Assembly (NCBI GenBank): GCA_963718915.1
Contig: CAVRAI010000004.1
Location: 420,001 to 452,000, forward strand
Source of the DNA: an uncultured Chloroflexia bacterium
GTDB lineage: Bacteria > Chloroflexota > Ktedonobacteria > Ktedonobacterales > JADMIN01
Reading direction: 5' to 3'
Length of the DNA stretch: 32,000 nt
Shown piece by piece: positions 1 to 8,655 of the stretch. Every line of letters starts with the position of its first letter. The first letter of the stretch is position 1. The position numbers and the translations under genes were made by a program. The notes under the pieces are model-generated. The model saw only the letters and a list, made by a program, of their open reading frames with translations. It searched no databases and was not told the origin of the DNA.

Positions 1-567
1 AGCGCCATCGCCTGCTATGCCACCGACACCCGCGGAGCCAGCAGTGTTGTAGTTACCCGCGTTGCCGTTGATCGCTAGACCGTTGTCGCCTATGGCAACA
101 TTGAATGCAGTTGGCTTCGTTTCACTGCCATCATACGTCAACGTAGTCACGTGTTCAGCCATGTTACTCGCGTTGCCCAACACTAAATTGGCGCCATCGG
201 CGGCATGGGCTGTCGGCATCCTCAGCGCCGTGCCTCCGGCAGTGGCCAGGGCAGCGGCGGCGCCGACTCCGCCCCACTTGAGCAGCGTCCGTCGACTCGT
301 CGGATGTACTGAGAAGTCGGATTGTTCGATAGTGGTGACTGGAGCGTGATCGTTGAGAGCGGCGGCTGAGGCTGCCTCAAGTGACGCAATCTCGGCCGCC
401 AATTCCGCGCGAAACGCCTCGAAATCCTCTTGCTGACGCCGACGCAACGAACCTATCTCTTGCCGAAGTAACCCAAGATCGCAGTTGGCGGGTACATCGG
501 TGGCTTTCTCTGTCAGAACGGGAACAATCGGCGCCGTTGACCACGACGCATTGTTATGAGCAGACAT
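1..567 (-). CDS. Exported Gly/Asn-rich repeat protein with long N-terminal coiled-coil extension (3' end beyond window); paralog of 622..2001
   Basis: Minus-strand frame open from ATG at 567 (AAGGTGA about 8 nt upstream) to the window edge; not in the ORF track because it is open-ended. My translation: MSAHNNASW...LLRQEIGSLRRRQQEDFEAFRAELAAEIASLEAA...TSRRTLLKWGGVGAAAALATAGG..PTAHA/ADG, then Gly-rich repeats. About 55 nt around the RR motif (250-300) are nearly identical to 1575-1627. Confidence 0.6.
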   Translation of the reverse strand, partial: MSAHNNASWSTAPIVPVLTEKATDVPANCDLGLLRQEIGSLRRRQQEDFEAFRAELAAEIASLEAASAAALNDHAPVTTIEQSDFSVHPTSRRTLLKWGGVGAAAALATAGGTALRMPTAHAADGANLVLGNASNMAEHVTTLTYDGSETKPTAFNVAIGDNGLAINGNAGNYNTAGSAGVGGIAGDGA

Positions 568-621
568 GCGATATCTCACCTTCTTGCCTGGTACTCTTCA
601 TAACCATCGACAATGTGGCGG

Positions 622-2001
622 CTACATGATATAGCCACTGGCATCGAAGAGGACATGTGTCACGGTACCTGCCGGCATATCGACCTTGATATTCATCTGC
701 CCACTGTTATCGAGCCCGACGATCACGCCGTTGGCAATGATCTGGCCGCTGGCGAAGTTGATCGAGCTGGTGCCAGGCAGGGGCGCGCTGGCCGGATAGA
801 GGCGCAGGTCGCCGCCGCCAGTGGGTTGTACCACGGTGACGTTGCCCACCACGCCGATTGCGCCGTTTGGCACTTCGATGGAGCCAACCAGGACACCCGT
901 GACCGGGAGTGTATGCACCGAGCCGGAGGCCCAGGGGGTATGGGAGGTGCGGGTATCGAGCAGGCGAATTGGGGCAGACAACAAACTCATGATCCCAGTG
1001 TTGCCAGCATCCACCGTGAGTACCTTGTGCCATGTGCCCGGCGAACCAGACAAAACGCAGATGTAGAGGTCGCCGTTGTTATCGCGAATCTGCTCGCCGA
1101 TGAGGTAAGAGCCACTGGTAGGCGCGCCGACGAATCCGGACAGGTTCTGTAGCAGTCGCCCGGTCCCTATGGCGACGATATCAATACCTGTAACACTGAG
1201 GCCTACCACGCCGAAGCCCGAGTCAGTTGCTCCATACACTCCAACAGAAGAGCTGCCGGTTGCGCTTCCGGACACACCGACGGCATCCACTCCGGCAGAG
1301 CCAGCGACACCGATAGCAAAGGCGCCAGTGAGAGCTGTGCCGTATACACCATAGGCAGTGTTCCCCGACGTGGCGTTACCGGCGGCTCCTAAAATGCCTG
1401 TGCTATCATCATTGCCGATCGACACCTCGAAGGCGGTTGGCGTTGCTTCGCCGCCATTATAGGTGAGCTGAGTCAGATGTTCGGCGGTGTTGCTGGAACT
1501 GCCCAGCGTCAGTGTTCCGCCATCGGCGGCATGGGCCGTCTGCGTGGTGAGGGCTGCACCTCCGGTGGCGGCCAGGGCAGCGGCGGCGCCGACCCCGCCC
1601 CACTTGAGCAGCGTCCGCCGACTCGTCGTGCCAGTCGTGCCAGTCGTGCCAGTCGTGCCATTGGCTTGCGCGTGGGAAGGCTCGCTCGGCTCCTCAACAG
1701 TATCGTCTGGAGTATCATCTGGCGACACTGGCGCATGTGGAAGCGATTCCTGCGGGGAAGAGGTCACTATTGGCTGGGGTTGCGTCCCCGCCAGGGCTGT
1801 GCGTAGCATCACAATCTGTGCTGCCATCTCCTCGCGTAGCGCTGATAATTCCTGCTCGTGAGCGGCGCGCAACGCTGCCAACTCTTGCTGAAGCGCGATG
1901 GCCTCACTCTCGTACGATGCGGAAGACGCGGACTGGTTTGCAGGGGAATCGACCGGGGAAAGAGGTGATGGGGAAGAACCGTCTTGGCGCTGCGTTGTCA
2001 T
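622..2001 (-). CDS. Exported Gly-rich repeat protein: coiled-coil N-region, internal Tat-like signal, Gly/Ser/Thr repeats, C-terminal beta-rich domain
   Basis: ORF 622..2046. Preferred start is ATG 2001 (GGAGG 5 nt upstream; the 2046 start would translate through that SD). Heptad-like AIALQQELAALRAAHEQELSALREEMAAQIVML, then SRRTLLKWGGVGAAAALAATGGAALTTQTAHA/AD (S-R-R-x-L-L-K + h-region + AxA). C-terminus DLRLYPASAPLPGTSSINFASGQIIANGVIV...HVLFDASGYI resembles a domain common in actinobacterial cell-surface proteins. Confidence 0.7.
   Translation of the reverse strand: MTTQRQDGSSPSPLSPVDSPANQSASSASYESEAIALQQELAALRAAHEQELSALREEMAAQIVMLRTALAGTQPQPIVTSSPQESLPHAPVSPDDTPDDTVEEPSEPSHAQANGTTGTTGTTGTTSRRTLLKWGGVGAAAALAATGGAALTTQTAHAADGGTLTLGSSSNTAEHLTQLTYNGGEATPTAFEVSIGNDDSTGILGAAGNATSGNTAYGVYGTALTGAFAIGVAGSAGVDAVGVSGSATGSSSVGVYGATDSGFGVVGLSVTGIDIVAIGTGRLLQNLSGFVGAPTSGSYLIGEQIRDNNGDLYICVLSGSPGTWHKVLTVDAGNTGIMSLLSAPIRLLDTRTSHTPWASGSVHTLPVTGVLVGSIEVPNGAIGVVGNVTVVQPTGGGDLRLYPASAPLPGTSSINFASGQIIANGVIVGLDNSGQMNIKVDMPAGTVTHVLFDASGYIM
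1627..1660 (-). repeat. 9-bp tandem repeat (CGTGCCAGT x about 3.8) encoding (GTT)4 immediately N-terminal of the RR motif
   Basis: Direct reading of 1621-1660: cgtg ccagtcgtgc cagtcgtgcc agtcgtgcca. Confidence 0.85.
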
Positions 2002-2314
2002 GCAACCTCCTGCTTTCAAGCTGTCTCTGCGGCTTACTGTCGCCAATCCAGGGCGTGCCGGAAATGAAGTGAAATGTCCTTACATAACACTTCATGCTGT
2101 GATATGTCAGCCATGCGCGTGGAGCATAGCATAGCTGAGCTATTGTGTATAGACGTGCGAGAAGTCTGGAAGTATCGCAACACGCCTGTTTGGCATATCT
2201 CTGATAGCCAGACGGATAGCGACTGATGCATAGAGCGGTACATAGCGTGTCGAGAATCACCCCGCCTCACTGCTGCGGGCATGCCGCGCGAGACGGCGGC
2301 GGTTTGTCTGGTTG

Positions 2315-2323
2315 TGATATACT
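2315..2323 (+). promoter_or_regulatory. Candidate extended -10 element TGaTATACT for the small gene at 2401
   Basis: tgatatact at 2315-2323 in a lower-GC intergenic stretch, about 78 nt upstream of the ATG. The same TGnTATACT form occurs upstream of the PrsW operon (19197-19205, minus strand). No convincing -35 element. Confidence 0.3.
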
Positions 2324-2400
2324 GTGGTGTATCGATGCGCCATTACATAGCGCTATTTCAGAAGAACCACACACTATCCCATTGAGGAGTACCAGGAACC

Positions 2401-2589
2401 ATGGCGAAGAAGGGCGAGCTTTCCAAGACGGCGCGCGCCTCGCTGGCGCAGCGCGATGACAAAGACTTTATGACCAGCCGTGTCTGTGAGAAGTGCGGCG
2501 AGCCAATTACGCTCAAGGATCTGCAGGCCGTGAAGGTTTTCGGTCAGGGCATGCAGTATTACCACAAGGATCACTTCAAGCTGGCTTAG
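2401..2589 (+). CDS. Small (62 aa) putative metal-binding protein, C-x2-C...H-x2-H (TRASH/YHS-like pattern)
   Basis: GAGGAG 10 nt upstream of the ATG and a strong terminator downstream. Sequence ...RVCEKCGEPITLKDLQAVKVFGQGMQYYHKDHFKLA. The family assignment rests on pattern inference only. Confidence 0.6.
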   Translation: MAKKGELSKTARASLAQRDDKDFMTSRVCEKCGEPITLKDLQAVKVFGQGMQYYHKDHFKLA

Positions 2590-2626
2590 GTCTTTGTACG
2601 TGTCTGGCTGCCGCCAGGCGGCGATG

Positions 2627-2660
2627 CCCCGGAGGGAGTCCTTCCGGGGCTTTTGCTTTG
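2627..2660 (+). terminator. Rho-independent terminator
   Basis: Stem CCCCGGA (2627-2633) / TCCGGGG (2643-2649) followed by CTTTTGCTTTG. Confidence 0.6.
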
Positions 2661-2713
2661 CCATGGATGGATGATGCACATCTAACAGACATCGGCGGCA
2701 TCTCCCCAAAACA

Positions 2714-2743
2714 TTGACGTTAACGTAAATCAAAGGGTACAAT
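2714..2743 (+). promoter_or_regulatory. Sigma70-like promoter TTGACG-N18-TACAAT with embedded palindrome ACGTTAACGT
   Basis: TTGACG 2714-2719 and TACAAT 2738-2743. The perfect 10-bp palindrome at 2717-2726 overlaps the -35 element and spacer. It lies about 55 nt upstream of the MFS start (GAGG 7 nt before GTG 2799). Confidence 0.5.
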
Positions 2744-2798
2744 GATGGTATCATCCTCATCTTCATTTCAGGTTATTCTCAGTTTGTGAGGCGGTTTC

Positions 2799-4160
2799 GT
2801 GGTTCGTGTGAAACAACTCTTTCTTCCCCCGCGCTTACCGACATTGCGCGCTGATGCCGCGATCCCGGCACGCAACGGCGCGGCGAATGGCGGCATCTTC
2901 TCGGCCTTGCGCTATCGCAATTATCGGCTCTTCTGGTTTGGTCAACTGATATCCGTCACCGGCACGTTCATGCAGGGCACCGCGCAACAGTGGCTGGTCC
3001 TGACGCTCACGTCTGATCCCCTGGCGCTCGGCATTGTTGGCGCCCTTCAGTTCGGCCCATTGCTGGTGTTGGGGCCATTCGGCGGCGCAATCGCCGATCG
3101 CTGGCCGCGACGCAACGTGCTGATTGGCACACAGATTGCTTCGGGAATCCTTGCGCTCGTCCTCTGGGCGCTCACCGCGACGGGGGCCGTGCAATTATGG
3201 CAGGTCTTTGTCCTGGCGGCATTGCTCGGTCTGGTGAACGCCGTCGATATGCCGACGCGCCAGGCCTTCGTCAGCGAGATGGTGCCGCCTGACGGTCTGC
3301 TCAACGCTGTCTCGCTTAACTCGGCGCAATTCAACGCCTCGCGCATTGTGGGGCCGGGTCTCGCGGGCGGAATGATCGCTCTGCTAGGAGGGACGCCGCC
3401 GCTCTTTCTATTCAACGCGGTTAGCTACATCGCGGTGATTGGCGGTCTGCTCCTGATGCGCGTCGGGGATCTAGTGCCGATACCGCATGCCGAACCACAG
3501 CACGGCCTGGCGCGACTGCGAGTGATGGGCGACGGCATTCGCTTCGTGATGGAGCGTCCCAAACTGCGCGTCACTTTCCTGATGATCGCGGTCATCGGTA
3601 CGATGGGTTTCAACTTCAACGTCTTGCTGCCGCTGGCTGCGACCGTGATGTTGCACTCGGACGCGGTGGTTTTCGGGCTGCTTAGTTCCGCTCTTGGCGC
3701 TGGCGCGCTCATCGGCGCGTTGATGCTGGCGCGGCGCAGCGGCGTGCCGACGAATCGGATGCTGGTGGGTATGGCCATTGCCTTTGGCCTGCTGGAGGCG
3801 ACGATGGCGCTGACTCGCTCGGTGCCGCTCGCCATGATGCTGATCGCGGCGACTGGCTTCGCCATGAGCTCGTTCTCGGCCTCGGCGAATACGCGCGCGC
3901 AACTTTCCAGCCCGCCAGAAATGCGCGGGCGTGTGATGAGCGTCTACACGATGGTCTTCGTCGGCACGACGCCGATTGGCAATCTGATCGTCAGCAGTGT
4001 GGCAGGCACGGCGGGTGTCCCCGCGGCGTTTGTCATCGCTGGTCTGCCATGCCTGGCGGTGGCGTTGCTGGCCGCATGGCTCTGGCGGCGACAGGAATCC
4101 CATAAATCGGCGGACGCTGTGTTGCGCGAGCCTTCGCAGAGTGTAGAACTGGCGGATTAA
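2799..4160 (+). CDS. MFS transporter (MFS_3 / EntS-like family)
   Basis: 453 aa with about 12 hydrophobic spans. The N-terminal RYRNYRLFWFGQLISVTGTFMQGTAQQWLVL is typical of this MFS subfamily. Confidence 0.85.
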   Translation: MVRVKQLFLPPRLPTLRADAAIPARNGAANGGIFSALRYRNYRLFWFGQLISVTGTFMQGTAQQWLVLTLTSDPLALGIVGALQFGPLLVLGPFGGAIADRWPRRNVLIGTQIASGILALVLWALTATGAVQLWQVFVLAALLGLVNAVDMPTRQAFVSEMVPPDGLLNAVSLNSAQFNASRIVGPGLAGGMIALLGGTPPLFLFNAVSYIAVIGGLLLMRVGDLVPIPHAEPQHGLARLRVMGDGIRFVMERPKLRVTFLMIAVIGTMGFNFNVLLPLAATVMLHSDAVVFGLLSSALGAGALIGALMLARRSGVPTNRMLVGMAIAFGLLEATMALTRSVPLAMMLIAATGFAMSSFSASANTRAQLSSPPEMRGRVMSVYTMVFVGTTPIGNLIVSSVAGTAGVPAAFVIAGLPCLAVALLAAWLWRRQESHKSADAVLREPSQSVELAD

Positions 4161-4178
4161 TCCACAGGTGACGGTGAC

Positions 4179-4757
4179 ATGCTGAACCATATGCGCCTTG
4201 TCTGGATACCCGCGGATGAGCCGGGCATCGAGGATGTGCAGATCACGCACGATCCGATAAGCGGCACTGGGTTCGCCAGCGCCGTTGTTCGCCTCTGGGA
4301 AGGGCAGCCGCTGAGAGTGGAATACACCTTGTTCTGTGATGCCCAGTGGCACGTCCGCACATTACAAGTGGTCAGCCCAAGCACAGCAGTAAGCCCGCGC
4401 ATGATTAGACTTGAAGCTGATGGCGCAGGCAACTGGAAGGATAGGGATGGGCAGCCACTTGTCGCGCTGCAAGGCTGTATCGATGTGGATATCATGCTGA
4501 CGCCGCTCACCAACACGCTGCCCATCCGGCGGCTCGCGCTGGCTCCAGGAGAATCGAGTGAGATCAGCGTTGTCTACATCGCGGCGCCGGACCTGAGCAT
4601 CAGCCCCCTCCGGCAGCGTTATACTCGCCTGGACGATGGCCAGCGCTATCGCTACGAGAGCCTGGATAGCGGCTTCACAGCGGAACTGTTGGTCGATGAA
4701 GATGGCTTCGTCATAGACTACCCCGGCATCTGGCGCCGTGTCTGGCCCACTTCCTGA
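4179..4757 (+). CDS. Putative glycolipid-binding family protein (COG3554 / Glycolipid_bind-like)
   Basis: 192 aa, AGGTGA upstream. Motifs GCIDVDIMLTPLTNTLPIRRLAL and LLVDEDGFVIDYPGIW match my recollection of that family. Confidence 0.6.
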   Translation: MLNHMRLVWIPADEPGIEDVQITHDPISGTGFASAVVRLWEGQPLRVEYTLFCDAQWHVRTLQVVSPSTAVSPRMIRLEADGAGNWKDRDGQPLVALQGCIDVDIMLTPLTNTLPIRRLALAPGESSEISVVYIAAPDLSISPLRQRYTRLDDGQRYRYESLDSGFTAELLVDEDGFVIDYPGIWRRVWPTS

Positions 4758-4882
4758 CACCTCACAAGTATCGCCTGCCGACTTTTGAAATAGCTCGTCA
4801 ATAGCTGCTGATCAGGCGCGTCAACATCCTCATGCAGAGGCAACACACCCCCAGAGTTTGTCACACTGTCTAAGAGGGTTCC

Positions 4883-5584
4883 ATGCGATTCAGTCGGTTC
4901 ATACACGCAACGCGCGCCCCGCTGGCAATCATTGCGCTTGTGTCGTGCGCTGTGGTTGCGCTCGCTGGCTGCGGTACATCTTCCGCGCGTCAATCTCCAT
5001 CCACGCCAACTCTTACGCCTGTCGAGGCGGCGACTCCCACACCGCCAGCAATGCCGCGGGTGGTCTTTCAGGCGGATTGGTCGCATGGAGCGGGCGCGTG
5101 GAAGCTGCCACCGCACTGGTCCATTCAGGGTGGCGCGCTCGTCGCCGACGGGCTGACGCAGGACCATCTGCCGGTTCCCTACATAATCACAGCCAAGAAC
5201 TACCGGATTCTGATGACGGCGCGCATGGTGGATGTGACGTTCAAAACGACCAGTTGCAACAATTTCTTTGGCTTTGGCGCTCAGGATACCGCTGGTTCTC
5301 GCCTGTTCACCGCCGAGTCCGCCTGTTTCGGTCCGCTGCCTTACCACGGGCAATCGCAACTGTTTGCGGCGGATGGCGCCGACCAGGTCTGGGAACTGAT
5401 AATCGGCAGCAACGCCCGCACCTATCGGGTGGATGTCTATGACAACAGAGCCATCTACTATCCTGGCGGCGCTGGTTCCATCGGCGGCATCACCAATCAG
5501 CAGCCGAACTCGCCCGCCCAACTCTTCATCGAGGCGTCTCAGGTCAAGCTCGTCATCACCAGCTTCGTCATTATGACAATCTGA
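4883..5584 (+). CDS. Lipoprotein with LamG/DUF1080-like domain
   Basis: AGAGGG SD. Signal plus lipobox AIIALVSCAVVALAG/C. Body FQADWSHGAGAWKLPPHWSIQGGALVADG resembles the concanavalin-like DUF1080 pattern (inference). Confidence 0.65.
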   Translation: MRFSRFIHATRAPLAIIALVSCAVVALAGCGTSSARQSPSTPTLTPVEAATPTPPAMPRVVFQADWSHGAGAWKLPPHWSIQGGALVADGLTQDHLPVPYIITAKNYRILMTARMVDVTFKTTSCNNFFGFGAQDTAGSRLFTAESACFGPLPYHGQSQLFAADGADQVWELIIGSNARTYRVDVYDNRAIYYPGGAGSIGGITNQQPNSPAQLFIEASQVKLVITSFVIMTI

Positions 5585-5599
5585 CGGCAGGCGATAGTA

Positions 5600-6382
5600 T
5601 TACCACGCCTCGAAGAGACCGGCGTTTGCGGTCAGGCGTATCTCGCCATGCTCATCGAGCGCGCGCTGGACAAGTGGCCCGACATCTTTGTATATGCGCT
5701 CGTGCAACTCAATGGCCGACTGAGGCGTCATCGACACCATGTAGGCGATCAGCGGCTCGGACTCGGTCACGACCAACGTGTTGTCGAAGTGGTGAAGCGA
5801 CACATGGCCAAACTGCGCCGCGAGCATCTCCGCGCCGTTATCGAGGTTGAAACTGAGGTGTGGTGGTTTGCGGCCAGACATGAATTGTTCCAGCTCATGC
5901 ATGTAGTCACCTGCGAGCGTGGAGGCGTAGAAGCGCCCGCCAGGCTTCAACACGCGGCGAATCTCCGCCAGCGCGACGGGGATATCGGGCGCATGATAGA
6001 GCATGTGGTTGGCGATTACCATGTCGAAGCTGTCGTCCGAGTCGGGAATCGCCTGCACATCCGCCACGGCGAAGGCGAACGCATGGGCTACGGGCGCCAG
6101 GTTTTGCTGGGCCTCTACCAGCATCCCTTCGGAAAAGTCGGTGAGCGTAATATGCCAGTCTGTGAGGATGCGCTCGCGATTCGTGAGCCAGAGCCAGCCT
6201 GGCCCGCAGCCCAGCTCAAGGATTTGGGCGGCCGGTGACGTCTGAAAATGATCGAAGAGCCAGGAAAACCAGCGCGTGGGATTCGTGCTGAAACGTGCGT
6301 GTAACGTCGCGCGTGCGGTCAGGCGTGATGCGTCGTGATACTGTTGAGTCAGCAGCCAGTCCTTGCCGGGTTCGTCTGTCAT
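5600..6382 (-). CDS. Class I SAM-dependent methyltransferase
   Basis: 260 aa, motif I ILELGCGPGWLW, AAGAGG SD. Confidence 0.85.
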   Translation of the reverse strand: MTDEPGKDWLLTQQYHDASRLTARATLHARFSTNPTRWFSWLFDHFQTSPAAQILELGCGPGWLWLTNRERILTDWHITLTDFSEGMLVEAQQNLAPVAHAFAFAVADVQAIPDSDDSFDMVIANHMLYHAPDIPVALAEIRRVLKPGGRFYASTLAGDYMHELEQFMSGRKPPHLSFNLDNGAEMLAAQFGHVSLHHFDNTLVVTESEPLIAYMVSMTPQSAIELHERIYKDVGPLVQRALDEHGEIRLTANAGLFEAW

Positions 6383-6555
6383 AGCGCCTCTTTATTATCC
6401 CTCGTCATTCAGAGTGCTTTTGGAAATGCGGCCAGACACAGTATGGCACTGCGCGTCCAGCGCGTCTACGTGGGAGTCTCCAACGGGCGTGAGACATGCT
6501 ATACTGGCAGGGAGGCTCCTTTTAGGTCGTATGTTCGAGAGCGCGGGAGGCGTAT

Positions 6556-8022
6556 ATGAGCGGAACCGACGAGCCACGTCAGCAGACATCGCTCTTTGGC
6601 GAGGTAACGCCCGCACCGCAAGCCAGGCCGTTGCGCAAGCCTACCACGCCGCAGAGCGCGCTGGATGGGCCCGAGGCGACCAATCTCCCGCCCAATGCGC
6701 GCCCGCTTGCCGCGCGGATGCGCCCGCAGACGCTGGACGAGATTCTGGGGCAGGCTCATCTGCTGGCCGAGGGACGCGCCCTGCGCCGCAGCATCGAACG
6801 CGACCAGACGCCGTCGATGATCTTCTGGGGGCCACCAGGCAGCGGCAAGACGACGCTCGCCAGTGTGATCGCACGGACAACCCAGGCGCGTTTTGTGGCG
6901 CTGAGCGCAGTGACGGCGGGTGTTGCAGACCTGCGGCGCGTGGTGGATGACGCGGCGAAGCTACTACGCGCGACGGGCCGCCGAACCATCCTCTTCATCG
7001 ACGAGATTCACCGCTTCTCCAAGTCGCAGCAGGATGCGATTCTGCCGCATGTCGAGCGCGGAACCGTCACGATGATCGGCGCGACGACCGAGAACCCATC
7101 TTTCGAGGTGAACGCGGCGCTGCTCTCGCGCTCGCGCGTCTTCACCCTGCACGCGCTCAGTGACGACGATATTCGGGCGCTGCTCAACCGCGCGCTACAC
7201 GATGCCGAGCGCGGGCTTGGCGCGCAGCCCATCGCGATGGACGACGACGCGCTCAACGCGCTGGCGACCTACGCCAATGGTGACGCGCGCACGGCTCTCA
7301 ACGCCCTGGAACTGGCGGCAGGTGTCGCCCCAGAGGCAGATGATGGCTCGCGCCACATTGCCCTGGCAACCGTCGAGGATGCCTTGCAGCACCGCGCTTT
7401 GCTCTATGACAAAGCGGGCGAAGAGCACTATAACCTCATCTCAGCGCTGCACAAATCGCTACGTGGCTCTGATCCCGACGCCGCGCTCTACTGGTTGGGG
7501 CGCATGCTGGAGGCGGGGGAGGATCCGCTCTATGTTGTGCGGCGGCTGATTCGCTTCGCCAGTGAGGATGTTGGCATGGCTGACCCGCAGGCGCTTCTGG
7601 TCTGTGTCGCGGCGCAGCAGGCAGTACACTTCGTTGGTATGCCCGAAGGCGCGCTGGCGCTGGCCCAGGCCGTCGTTCATCTGGCGACTGCCCCCAAGAG
7701 CAACGCGGTCTATACCGCCTATGACGCGGTACAGGAGGATGTGCGCGCGACCCGTAATGATCCGGTACCGCTGCACCTGCGCAACGCTCCGACCAATCTG
7801 ATGAAGCAGCTCGACTATGGCAAGGGCTACGAGTATGCGCACGACATCTACGCGGGCCAGCCCGATCCCGACGACCCCTCGCGTCCGCCGCCAGCGCGCC
7901 CACAGGACTACCTTCCGGAGCAGATGAGCGCCCGCGAGTATTACCACCCGACGGCCCAGGGTGCTGAAGCCTCGATTCAGGCATGGCTCAGGCGTCGGCG
8001 CGGACATAGTGAACACGACTAG
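6556..8022 (+). CDS. rarA: Replication-associated recombination protein A (AAA+ ATPase)
   Basis: Walker A GPPGSGKTTLA, Walker B FIDEIHRF, C-terminal MgsA-type region HYNLISALHKSLRGSDPDAALYWL; GGGAGG SD. Confidence 0.95.
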   Translation: MSGTDEPRQQTSLFGEVTPAPQARPLRKPTTPQSALDGPEATNLPPNARPLAARMRPQTLDEILGQAHLLAEGRALRRSIERDQTPSMIFWGPPGSGKTTLASVIARTTQARFVALSAVTAGVADLRRVVDDAAKLLRATGRRTILFIDEIHRFSKSQQDAILPHVERGTVTMIGATTENPSFEVNAALLSRSRVFTLHALSDDDIRALLNRALHDAERGLGAQPIAMDDDALNALATYANGDARTALNALELAAGVAPEADDGSRHIALATVEDALQHRALLYDKAGEEHYNLISALHKSLRGSDPDAALYWLGRMLEAGEDPLYVVRRLIRFASEDVGMADPQALLVCVAAQQAVHFVGMPEGALALAQAVVHLATAPKSNAVYTAYDAVQEDVRATRNDPVPLHLRNAPTNLMKQLDYGKGYEYAHDIYAGQPDPDDPSRPPPARPQDYLPEQMSAREYYHPTAQGAEASIQAWLRRRRGHSEHD

Positions 8023-8032
8023 GAGCAGGCAG

Positions 8033-8620
8033 TTGAACGCCAGGAAGAAGCGCGAGATTATCATCGTGGACTATCGTCCCGAGTGGCCCGATGAATTCGC
8101 GCAGATTGCGGTGGGGCTTCGTGGCGCGCTCGGCGCCTTAGCGCTGCGTATCGACCACATTGGCTCGACCTCGGCGCCGGGATTGTCGGCGAAAGATATC
8201 ATCGATGTCCAGGTGACGGTGGCTGAGCTTACACACGATCTCGATGCGCCATTCGCGCGAGCAGGCTGCGCGCGAGTCGTGGAGATCGATCACGATCATG
8301 TCCCACCGACAATGACAGACAGCGATCACAACTGGCGGAAACTCTACTATCAGCCTCCCGCGGAGATGCGCCCGGCACATATCCACGTGCGTCAGGCGGG
8401 CAGCGCCAATGGGCGCTATGCGCTGCTTTTCCGCGATTACCTGCAGACGCATCCCCTGGCAGCGCTGGCCTATGCCCAGGTGAAGGTGGCGCTGGCGCGG
8501 AAGGATTCCTACGACTGGGATCTGTACTACGATGTCAAGGATCCCGTCTGCGATATCATCATGGCGGGCGCAGAGGATTGGGCCGCGCAAACAGGTTGGC
8601 GCATCGAGCACTATGCCTGA
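8033..8620 (+). CDS. GrpB family protein
   Basis: IIIVDYRPEWPDEF and IDHIGSTSAPGLSAKDIIDVQVTV are GrpB hallmarks. I prefer TTG 8033 (AGGAG 8 nt upstream) over track start 7961, which overlaps rarA. Confidence 0.85.
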   Translation: MNARKKREIIIVDYRPEWPDEFAQIAVGLRGALGALALRIDHIGSTSAPGLSAKDIIDVQVTVAELTHDLDAPFARAGCARVVEIDHDHVPPTMTDSDHNWRKLYYQPPAEMRPAHIHVRQAGSANGRYALLFRDYLQTHPLAALAYAQVKVALARKDSYDWDLYYDVKDPVCDIIMAGAEDWAAQTGWRIEHYA

Positions 8621-8655
8621 GGCTGCGCCAACGAACCGATGTGATGGAGCGCGCT

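Noticed and set aside
2002-2046. N-terminal MATVSRRDSLKAGG of the longest ORF version as a Tat signal
   Set aside because: It is followed by polar rather than hydrophobic sequence. Part of the motif is encoded by the GGAGG SD of the better start at 2001. The real Tat-like signal is internal.
3471-4352. 293-aa minus-strand ORF, plus other minus-strand ORFs over 2835-3865
   Set aside because: They are antisense to the MFS transporter and extremely Arg/His-rich, a GC-driven shadow ORF.
4718-5521. 267-aa minus-strand ORF
   Set aside because: It is antisense to the lipoprotein gene, which has an SD, a signal peptide and a lipobox. The composition is Arg-rich.
7961-8032. Long N-terminal extensions offered by the ORF track (GrpB 7961, hydrolase 8578, lipoprotein 12344, TIR-WD40 29059, NTF2-like 31522, STAND 27244, oxidoreductase 12286)
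   Set aside because: Each extension overlaps an upstream gene or promoter block, or translates through the SD of a better internal start. Family-typical N-termini begin at the internal starts.
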